Positions 56,998-64,000 of a stretch of DNA of 64,000 nt are shown here, one piece after another. Source of the DNA: Eubacterium sp. (lineage in GTDB: Bacteria; Bacillota; Clostridia; Oscillospirales; Acutalibacteraceae); NCBI GenBank assembly GCA_017514345.1, contig JAFWKC010000041.1, positions 326-64,325 on the forward strand, in the 5' to 3' direction. The translations under genes and the position numbers were made by a program. A model generated the notes under the pieces. That model saw only the letters and a list, made by a program, of their open reading frames with translations. It searched no databases and was not told the origin of the DNA. Each line of letters opens with the position of its first letter. Position 1 is the first letter of the stretch.

Positions 56998-58083
56998 ATG
57001 GCAAGAGTTTACAACTTCAGCGCAGGTCCTTCAACCCTGCCCGAAAAGGTGCTGCAGACTGCAGCAGCAGAAATGATGGATTACCACGGAAGCGGTCAGT
57101 CCGTAATGGAAATGAGCCACCGTTCAAAGTGGTTTGACGACATCATCAAGGACGCAGAAAAGCTTATGCGTGAGCTTTATCAGGTTCCTGATAACTACAA
57201 GGTGCTTTTCCTTCAGGGCGGCGCATCTGCACAGTTCTCGGCAATTCCGCTCAACTTTATGAACGGCAGCGGCAAGGCTGATTACATCATCACAGGACAG
57301 TGGGCAAAGAAGGCTTTTCAGGAGGCTCAGAAGTACGGCGACGTAAAGGCTGTTGCATCTTCGGCTGACAAGACCTTCAGCTATATCCCAAAGACAAAGG
57401 CTGAGGATTTCCGCGACGACGTTGACTACGTATATATTTGTATGAACAACACAATCTACGGTACTGTTTACAAGGAGCTTCCTCCTGTAGGCGACAAGGT
57501 GCTTATCGCTGACGTTTCCTCCTGCGCTCTTTCTGAGCCGCTTGATATCAGCAAGTTCGGCGTTGTTTACTTCGGCGCACAGAAGAACGTTGCTCCTGCA
57601 GGTCTTGTTGTTGCAATCATCCGCGAGGACTTACTTGGCAACGCACGCGACATCACACCTGTTATGATGAACTACAAGGTTCAGGCAGACGCAGATTCAC
57701 TTTACAACACACCTCCTTGCTGGACAATTTATATCTGCAAGCTCGTGCTTGACTGGATTAAAGAGGAGTTCGGCTCACTCGAGGCTATGAAGGCTCACAA
57801 CGAAAAGAAGGCTGCAATCCTTTACAACTTCCTTGACAGCTCAAAGCTCTTCAAGGGTACTGTAGTTCCAGAGGACAGAAGCCTTATGAACGTTCCTTTC
57901 GTAACAGGCGACGAGGAGCTTGACGCTAAGTTCGTAAAGGCTGCAACAGAAGCAGGCTTCGTAAACATCAAGGGTCACAGAACAGTAGGCGGTATGCGTG
58001 CTTCTATCTACAACGCTATGCCTATCGAGGGTGTTGAAAAGCTCGTTGAGTTTATGAAGAAGTTTGAGGAAGAAAACGCGTAA
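56998..58083 (+). CDS. serC: Phosphoserine aminotransferase
   Basis: YNFSAGPS, EMSHRS, GAQKN, NTPP, GHRTVGGMRAS. Confidence 0.96.
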   Translation: MARVYNFSAGPSTLPEKVLQTAAAEMMDYHGSGQSVMEMSHRSKWFDDIIKDAEKLMRELYQVPDNYKVLFLQGGASAQFSAIPLNFMNGSGKADYIITGQWAKKAFQEAQKYGDVKAVASSADKTFSYIPKTKAEDFRDDVDYVYICMNNTIYGTVYKELPPVGDKVLIADVSSCALSEPLDISKFGVVYFGAQKNVAPAGLVVAIIREDLLGNARDITPVMMNYKVQADADSLYNTPPCWTIYICKLVLDWIKEEFGSLEAMKAHNEKKAAILYNFLDSSKLFKGTVVPEDRSLMNVPFVTGDEELDAKFVKAATEAGFVNIKGHRTVGGMRASIYNAMPIEGVEKLVEFMKKFEEENA

Positions 58084-58145
58084 GATAAAGAACAATATAA
58101 TTGCTTCATAAGCTTTTCATAAATCTTAAATATAAGGAGTTATAT

Positions 58146-59306
58146 ATGTATAACATTAAAACACTTAACAAAATTTCAAATGTAGGTCTTTCGAAGTTTG
58201 ACACTTCAAAATACGCTTACGGCGACGACATTGAAAATCCTGACGCAATTATGGTGCGCTCAGCTTCGATGCACGATATGGAAATGCCTGAATCTCTCCT
58301 TGCAATCGCAAGATGCGGCGCAGGCACAAACAACATTCCTGTCGGCGAATGTGCAGAGCAGGGTATCGTTGTATTCAACACTCCTGGCGCAAACGCAAAC
58401 GCAGTTAAGGAGCTTGTAATTCTCGGTATGCTTCTTTCTTCAAGAAAGGTTACAAAGGCTATCGACTGGTGCAAGACTATCAAGGACGAGGGCGACAACG
58501 TAGGCAAGACTGTAGAAAAGGGCAAGTCAGCCTTCGCAGGTCCCGAAATCAAGGGCAAAACTCTCGGCGTAATCGGTCTTGGCGCTATTGGCAGACTTGT
58601 TGCAGAGGCAGCAGTTGAACTCGGTATGAACGTTATCGGCTACGACCCGTTCCTTCCTGCTGACGCTCAGCTCAAAAACGGCATTACTCTCAACAACAAT
58701 CTTAACGAGATTTTCCCCGTAGCTGATTACATCACGCTTCACGTTCCGCTTACTGACGACACAAAGGAGCTTATCAACCGCGAAACTATTGATACGATGA
58801 AAAACAGCGTTCGTATTATGAACTTTGCTCGCGGCGCTCTTGCTAACAGCACCGACGTTGTCGAAGCTCTTGAGGACGGCAGAATGGCTGCTTACGTTAC
58901 TGATTTCCCAGACGCAGAGGTTATCGGCGTTGACGGCGTAATCGCTATTCCTCACCTCGGCGCTTCTACTCCAGAGAGCGAAGAAAACTGCGCTGCAATG
59001 GGCGCTATGGAGCTTATTGATTACCTCGAAAACGGTAACATCAAGAACTCTGTTAATATGCCTGCCGTATCAATGGCAAAGTCTGGTTCCGTAAGAATTA
59101 CTATTATTCACAAGAATCAGCCGAATATGATTTCTACAATCACCGACACAATCTCAAAGGACGGCGTTAACATCGCTTCATTTGAGGATAAGAACAGAGG
59201 CGAAATCGCATACTCAATTATTGATTGCGACACCGACGTATCATCATCAGTCGTTACAGATATCGAAGCTATCGACGGCGTAATCAAGGTAAGAGTTATC
59301 AAATAA
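58146..59306 (+). CDS. serA: D-3-phosphoglycerate dehydrogenase with ACT domain
   Basis: GAGTNNI, GLGAIG, NFARG, PHLGAST; follows serC. Confidence 0.9.
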   Translation: MYNIKTLNKISNVGLSKFDTSKYAYGDDIENPDAIMVRSASMHDMEMPESLLAIARCGAGTNNIPVGECAEQGIVVFNTPGANANAVKELVILGMLLSSRKVTKAIDWCKTIKDEGDNVGKTVEKGKSAFAGPEIKGKTLGVIGLGAIGRLVAEAAVELGMNVIGYDPFLPADAQLKNGITLNNNLNEIFPVADYITLHVPLTDDTKELINRETIDTMKNSVRIMNFARGALANSTDVVEALEDGRMAAYVTDFPDAEVIGVDGVIAIPHLGASTPESEENCAAMGAMELIDYLENGNIKNSVNMPAVSMAKSGSVRITIIHKNQPNMISTITDTISKDGVNIASFEDKNRGEIAYSIIDCDTDVSSSVVTDIEAIDGVIKVRVIK

Positions 59307-59384
59307 GGACAATTATCAAATCCTATATTGCGGCAAAAAAGAGGCTTACTCGATGAGTAGGCCTCTTAGTTCATTTTTATACCA

Positions 59385-60440
59385 TTATATGCCGAAGAAA
59401 TCCTCTGCGTTTGCTTCGCTGTTATACTTTCTTGCGCTGAGCTTTCCGCCGTCGTCGTACGTCAGAAGCTTGCCTTCGACGTCGATGAAGAACTCCGTCG
59501 TGTCGTTTTTGCCATTTACGATAATACTGCTGTCACTCATCTGATAAGTGCCGTTTTCTGTCGTAACGTCCCAGTCCTCTTTGCCGTTTTTGTAGTATCT
59601 CGTGCTGGTGTATTTGCCGTCCTCTTTGAACTTGAAGGCGTAGATTGTGTAATCGTCGCCGTCCTTTACGGGACGCGTGTACCAGTATGACTCATAAACG
59701 AAGTCCAAATCATCCGCGGCTTTTTCAGTCGTCGTTTCTTCTTCCTTCTTCGTTGTTTTTTCTGCTTTTGTCGTTTCTTCTGCGTCGTCAGCCGTCGTTG
59801 ATTCGCCCTCAACGCTGTGGTCAAAAATTATGTCCGAAACGTCCGCCGTAATGTCTTTTGTGAAATTAACAACCGCCGTATAGGTGTACGTGTCGCTGCT
59901 GCCGCTGAAGCTGAACTGCATTTCAAACGTGTAGGTGTTTTCGTCGTCGAGCTTCAGGTCAGCCGTGTCAAAGAAAATCGCCCTGAACGAGTCGTTAATG
60001 CTCTTGGTGTACTGATACTGCGTCGATACAGCAGGAGCGCCGTTTTTCGTCTGCGTTACGTCGTAGTCGTACAGCTTGACGCCGTGAATGTATTCGATGC
60101 TCGAGCCGTCCTTGATGTCGGCGTAAATGATTTTTTCATCGCCGTTTATTATACCGCTTCCGCACTCAAACGTAACGGCAGGCTTTTCGTCCTGCTTTTC
60201 ATAAACGTATTCAAAATAGTAATACGCGCCGCCGCCTATTATCGCGAGCGTAAGCAGTATGCTCAAAAACCATTTGACGCCTGATTTTTTCTTTTTCGGT
60301 GGCTTTCCGTCGGAATACACGTCCTCGAATTCAGACGACGCGAGCGAAACGAAGCCCTCGCTTTCGTCAATCAGCGCGCCGCAGTTAGGGCATATTTTTT
60401 CGTTGTCGCGGACCTTTGCGCCGCAGTTGTTGCAATTCAT
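59385..60440 (-). CDS. Zinc-ribbon membrane-anchored protein
   Basis: CNNCG...CPNCG, single TM, Thr/Glu-rich linker. Confidence 0.75.
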   Translation of the reverse strand: MNCNNCGAKVRDNEKICPNCGALIDESEGFVSLASSEFEDVYSDGKPPKKKKSGVKWFLSILLTLAIIGGGAYYYFEYVYEKQDEKPAVTFECGSGIINGDEKIIYADIKDGSSIEYIHGVKLYDYDVTQTKNGAPAVSTQYQYTKSINDSFRAIFFDTADLKLDDENTYTFEMQFSFSGSSDTYTYTAVVNFTKDITADVSDIIFDHSVEGESTTADDAEETTKAEKTTKKEEETTTEKAADDLDFVYESYWYTRPVKDGDDYTIYAFKFKEDGKYTSTRYYKNGKEDWDVTTENGTYQMSDSSIIVNGKNDTTEFFIDVEGKLLTYDDGGKLSARKYNSEANAEDFFGI

Positions 60441-60505
60441 AAATTCTCCTCCGATTTTAACATCGTTAATTATAATACCATTATTTATTGCCGAATACAA
60501 GCCTG

Positions 60506-61174
60506 TCAGTTAAGCTCGACCGTTTCGCGATGAGTAACAGTCAGCTCAAGCGAGCTGTCAACCTTAACGTCGTAGTAGTGGTCAAAATTACCTGCAATCG
60601 GCGACCGCTCCTCGATTTTCACCGACGTTGAGCCAGGCTGCAGACCTGTAAAGGTGAAATATACGTCAAAGCCCGAGCCCTCCATTTCGGCGTGCTTCGG
60701 GTTATTGTATTTTATGTCGTGTTCGTATTTGACAACCGACGGGTCGTCAATAGTTGCGCTGAAGCTTGGTCCGCCGCCGTCAAAGGAGTGAAAGCTCACT
60801 ACGGCTTCCTTCTTGTATTCCTCGTCGTCACTCGGCGCAATCATAGAATTTACTGCGCTTACCTTAACGCTGACGTCGTGAGCAGGCATCTTGAATTTCA
60901 GCACGTAGCCTTTATCTTCTTTGTATTCGGGGTTTAGCCTCTCGTCGTCAAGATAAAAGCTGTAGTCCGTGTCCGTGCCGATAAGCTCTTTTCTGTATAT
61001 CAGCGTAACGCTTGCGCCTTCGCGGTACGCGTCCTTTGCACCCTTAAAGGAGTCCTTGCTTCCGTTATAGTCGACCGAATATTTTGTGCCGCCGCAGCCT
61101 GCCAGACACGTCATAATTATCCCTCCTGCAAGCAGCACAGCAATCGCGCTGCAAATTGCTCTTTCCTTTTTCAT
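60506..61174 (-). CDS. Putative lipoprotein
   Basis: Signal peptide with LAGC lipobox. Confidence 0.7.
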   Translation of the reverse strand: MKKERAICSAIAVLLAGGIIMTCLAGCGGTKYSVDYNGSKDSFKGAKDAYREGASVTLIYRKELIGTDTDYSFYLDDERLNPEYKEDKGYVLKFKMPAHDVSVKVSAVNSMIAPSDDEEYKKEAVVSFHSFDGGGPSFSATIDDPSVVKYEHDIKYNNPKHAEMEGSGFDVYFTFTGLQPGSTSVKIEERSPIAGNFDHYYDVKVDSSLELTVTHRETVELN

Positions 61175-61285
61175 AATCTCTCCTTTAACTCTTAACGCAT
61201 TAATTTTACCATATCATCGCACATATTGCAAATATCACAGAATAAAATCCTTGCAATTTTATTTTTATATGCTATAATAGCACAA

Positions 61286-61343
61286 GTCGATTATAAACCG
61301 ACAAGCAGTACTTGGCACAACCTGCTTTAACAAAACTAAGGAG
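61286..61343 (+). promoter_or_regulatory. preQ1-I riboswitch (translational)
   Basis: P0 hairpin GTCG/CGAC, P1 AGCAG/CTGCT around TACTTGGCACAAC, tail TTAACAAAACTAAGGAG overlapping the RBS of queT; promoter TTGCAA-N16-TATAAT with extended -10 at 61251-61278. Confidence 0.8.
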
Positions 61344-61354
61344 AAAACTGAATT

Positions 61355-61885
61355 ATGCAAAACACAAAGACCAAGTCACTCGTAAGAGTAGCGGTTATTG
61401 CCGCGATGTATACTGCGCTGACGTATGCGCAGAACTTCCTGCTTCCAGGAACAACCTCTGCCGCGGTACAGTTCCGCGTGAGCGAAGCGCTCAACGTGCT
61501 CGCGCTCTTTATGCCCGAAGCTATTCCAGGGCTTACTATCGGATGCGTGCTTTCAAATCTGTATAATATAGGCTCGGGACTTCCGCTCGATATGATTTTC
61601 GGCTCGCTTGCAACGCTCGGAACGGCGTCGTGTATGTATTTTCTGCGAAATGTGAAAATCAAGAATTATCCGTTTCTTGCTATGCTTATGCCAGCAATCT
61701 GGAACGGCGTAATCGTAGGATGGGAGATTGAATACTTCTTCATTGAGGGCAAATTCCATTTTGGCGACTTCCTTTTTCAGGGAGGCTGCGTGGCGCTCGG
61801 CGAGCTCGGCGTAATGGCGGTGCTCGGTACGCTGCTGTACGTCGCAATAATAAAGCGCGGACTTGATAAAAAGCTGTTTCAATAA
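61355..61885 (+). CDS. queT: QueT-family queuosine precursor transporter
   Basis: VIAAMYTAL, QFRVSEAL, GCVLSN; riboswitch upstream. Confidence 0.85.
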   Translation: MQNTKTKSLVRVAVIAAMYTALTYAQNFLLPGTTSAAVQFRVSEALNVLALFMPEAIPGLTIGCVLSNLYNIGSGLPLDMIFGSLATLGTASCMYFLRNVKIKNYPFLAMLMPAIWNGVIVGWEIEYFFIEGKFHFGDFLFQGGCVALGELGVMAVLGTLLYVAIIKRGLDKKLFQ

Positions 61886-61886
61886 A

Positions 61887-61919
61887 AGAAGCCGTATGGG
61901 AATACCATACGGCTTTTTT
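61887..61919 (+). terminator. Intrinsic terminator
   Basis: AAGCCGTATGG-GAATA-CCATACGGCTTTTTT. Confidence 0.75.
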
Positions 61920-61925
61920 ATATGT

Positions 61926-62022
61926 AGTGTACACAGATGTACACAGACTAATATAGTATTTTTTTAAAATTAACTTATATATAGAAAAAACCTATTTTTA
62001 TGCGTGTACACCTGTGTACACT
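61926..62022. repeat. Inverted repeat of tandem TGTACAC units around an AT-rich spacer
   Basis: AGTGTACACAGATGTACAC ... GTGTACACCTGTGTACACT (1 mismatch). Confidence 0.8.
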
Positions 62023-62114
62023 TGATAAATATTGTGCAAGCGCAGCGAGTAATCAACAACTGAAAACCGACAACTGAATACTGAATACTAAAAAAGACGG
62101 CGTTGCCGTCTTTT

Positions 62115-63170
62115 TTAAATAAAGTTCATATTCACAAGCTGCTCTGCCTGACGCTGTGCGCGACGGGTGTTTTTTGTTGCGATGTTCATAAACTTAGTTA
62201 TGTCGTCAAGGCTGTAGCCGTTGTCAAGCAGCTCAGCGCGGCACAGGAAGAAGAGCGCAACGTTACTCGAAATATGCGTCAGCTCGTTCGTTTCAAAGGT
62301 GCGGCGCGCAAGCTTGAGCGCTTTTTCGCGGTTGTCAAGCAGCATAAGCTCAATGTCGCCGATTGTCTTTTTGCCGAGGAAGGTAAGCTGCTCAATGTAG
62401 CTTTCGGGGCTGATTTTCTTGTATTTCGCTCCGCTGATTTGTACAAGCTCGTCGGTAAACGTCTTGATTTCATCGTTTGTGTCAAGGTATTGCGTCAGCG
62501 TTACAAGGTCGATAAGCACCTTGCCGAGCTCACCCTGTGCAAGCATCTGAGTTACCTCTTCGCCGTACTTCTGAATATCGTCGCGGATGTTGATGAACTG
62601 GTCGTCTGCGATTTCAAGCAGACCTGCAACGCGCGACATTTCCCTCGTGATTTTCTTCGGCACACCAAACTCGCCCTTGTAACCGAGGTCGTGGCTTATT
62701 GCCGCCCAGGTGTGCTGAAGCGTTGAGCGTATCTGAATTTCAAACTTCTTTGACGAAAGCTCCTCGCCGTAGCCCATATCCTCGGGCAGCGTGCATATGT
62801 AATGAAGCGACAGATAGCCGAACGAATCGGGCGTAAGCTGATTGCGCTTGTCGACTGAGTTTTCCCAGTCAACGTCAAACGTGCCTTCTATCAGCGTCGC
62901 CGCCTTGTCAACGTCGTCAGAGAAGAAGCAAATAATCCTTTCGCCGAGAATATCGGTGATGTCCGACAGCGTGGCGTATTTTTCGCCTTTTAGCTCAAGC
63001 TTGCCCTCAAGGCTCTGCTCCTCTTTGACTCTGTGCTCAACAGCCATTACGTTGATGTCGGCTTCGCTCAGCTTCGTTTTCAAAATAGTGCTGACGATAT
63101 CGCCGAGCTTAACGTATATATCCCTGTCGCGCAGGTATTCGTCGATAATAGCTTTGTTTTTTAAGCTCAT
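62115..63170 (-). CDS. Small RelA/SpoT-type nucleotidyltransferase (alarmone synthetase-like)
   Basis: HRVKEEQSL..K, DILG.RII, FGYLSLHY, EIQIRSTLQHTWA..SHDLGYK; ~150-aa helical C-terminal extension. Confidence 0.82.
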   Translation of the reverse strand: MSLKNKAIIDEYLRDRDIYVKLGDIVSTILKTKLSEADINVMAVEHRVKEEQSLEGKLELKGEKYATLSDITDILGERIICFFSDDVDKAATLIEGTFDVDWENSVDKRNQLTPDSFGYLSLHYICTLPEDMGYGEELSSKKFEIQIRSTLQHTWAAISHDLGYKGEFGVPKKITREMSRVAGLLEIADDQFINIRDDIQKYGEEVTQMLAQGELGKVLIDLVTLTQYLDTNDEIKTFTDELVQISGAKYKKISPESYIEQLTFLGKKTIGDIELMLLDNREKALKLARRTFETNELTHISSNVALFFLCRAELLDNGYSLDDITKFMNIATKNTRRAQRQAEQLVNMNFI

Positions 63171-63928
63171 TTAATCACTCCAGTATATTCGTCAAACTGC
63201 TCGTTGACATTGTTTTTGCCCTTGTGATGATACGGGCAAAGCTTTAGGAAAATCCAGCCGATTATTCCGCCGACTGTGTTGCAGATGGTGTCCTCCATCG
63301 TGTCGATAATCGCGTATCTCATCGGGTCGCGTGCTGGTATAATATTAGGAAGCCCGATGCCGTGCGCCTTTGCCGCTTCCTCTGCGAGCTTCAGCGACCA
63401 GTGCTGTGCGTCGCCGATTTGCGGTGCAACCTGGTCAAACACGAATTCAAATATCTCCCATCCCGTTCCTGCGAAAAAGCCGAAGCCGAACGCGCCGAGA
63501 ACAACTATCGGAACGCTTGCCTTGACCTTGTCGCGCTTTTGCATACAAACGATAACCTCATATCCTGCAACGGTGCAGGCAACGCCGCCGACGGTGTGCA
63601 TTATTAAATCGTATGCAGGAATTGTGTAATAAAAATTAAGATAAGCGCCTCCGAAGGAAGCAAGAAAGAAGCCGAATACTGTAAAATCCTGTATGTACGA
63701 CGGAACGTATCTCGGCCATTTTGTTTCGGGGAACAGCATAAAGATTTCCCAAAGAAACATCAGGACGAGGTTTGACATAGTCTGTAAGCTTTGCTGAGTG
63801 TCGTGGCGGAAAAATACGCTGTCAACAAATGCTCCAACCATAAATATGCGGAGTATCCACCAGTATATTAATTCCCACTTCTTTGCACGGTTTTCGCCCT
63901 TAACAAGACGGTGTAAATAGTTTTTCAT
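63167..63928 (-). CDS. Integral membrane protein with H...WE..E motif
   Basis: YDLIMHTVGG, GTGWEIFEFVFD, DTMED; ATGA overlap with the synthetase gene. Confidence 0.7.
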   Translation of the reverse strand: MKNYLHRLVKGENRAKKWELIYWWILRIFMVGAFVDSVFFRHDTQQSLQTMSNLVLMFLWEIFMLFPETKWPRYVPSYIQDFTVFGFFLASFGGAYLNFYYTIPAYDLIMHTVGGVACTVAGYEVIVCMQKRDKVKASVPIVVLGAFGFGFFAGTGWEIFEFVFDQVAPQIGDAQHWSLKLAEEAAKAHGIGLPNIIPARDPMRYAIIDTMEDTICNTVGGIIGWIFLKLCPYHHKGKNNVNEQFDEYTGVIK

Positions 63929-64000
63929 AATTATTTGCCTTTTGTTGCATTTTAGATAGTATTTTACCATTATACCACTTTTTGTCGGAATATGGTAGAG

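Noticed and set aside
2600-62945. Scattered non-conservative residues in motifs I recall as conserved (FAESNV in M2, KLSRDADL in the REase, EVNSRITG in NrdD, HPLEDA in the HD protein, LGERII in the synthetase)
   Set aside because: None hits a catalytic residue and reading frames are intact. Without reads or alignments I cannot separate sequencing error, natural variation and my own recall, so I make no inactivation claim.
1053-63629. Numerous 60-310 aa ORFs antisense to or nested in real genes (e.g. 11017-11961, 17884-18525, 27244-27987, 45571-46293, 47582-48307)
   Set aside because: They shadow well-supported genes, lack RBS and motifs, and are expected from codon bias on the opposite strand.
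1-64000. tRNA, rRNA, T-box or CRISPR features
   Set aside because: No cloverleaf, rRNA signature, T-box motif upstream of argS or serC, or regularly spaced repeat array was recognised.

Overview
The window is from an anaerobic Firmicute, probably Clostridia/Oscillospirales-like (inferred from gene content). It holds about 47 kb of housekeeping-type backbone and two islands. Each island is integrated at the 3' end of a different GMP synthase gene, and both sites share the core GAATGGGARTAA. Island 1 (<1-11136) is a tyrosine-integrase/MobV integrative mobilizable element that seems to have lost its replication gene. It carries a two-methyltransferase AlwI-family restriction-modification operon, a GmrSD-like nuclease, and a proteasome-beta-like Ntn-hydrolase gene at the window edge that the ORF track missed. 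Island 2 (18715-24517) has no integrase, carries a two-component system plus ABC/FtsX transporter, and is bracketed by 179-bp direct repeats. The backbone encodes a GATase-less and a full-length guaA, a class III RNR with a fused glutaredoxin-like domain next to trxB, and a four-gene HD / STAS-kinase / STAS / PP2C-HATPase partner-switching operon with no sigma factor. It also has GH2/GH78 genes, an unannotated 35-aa peptide gene with its own promoter, comEC, argS, murI, a probable dead sortase, a 1.4-kaa secreted PI-PLC mosaic, serC/serA, a preQ1 riboswitch-queT unit and a small RelA/SpoT-type synthetase. CCGG is almost absent from the backbone but common in both islands. I saw no rRNA, tRNA or CRISPR array. 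Family assignments come from motif recognition by eye, not database searches.
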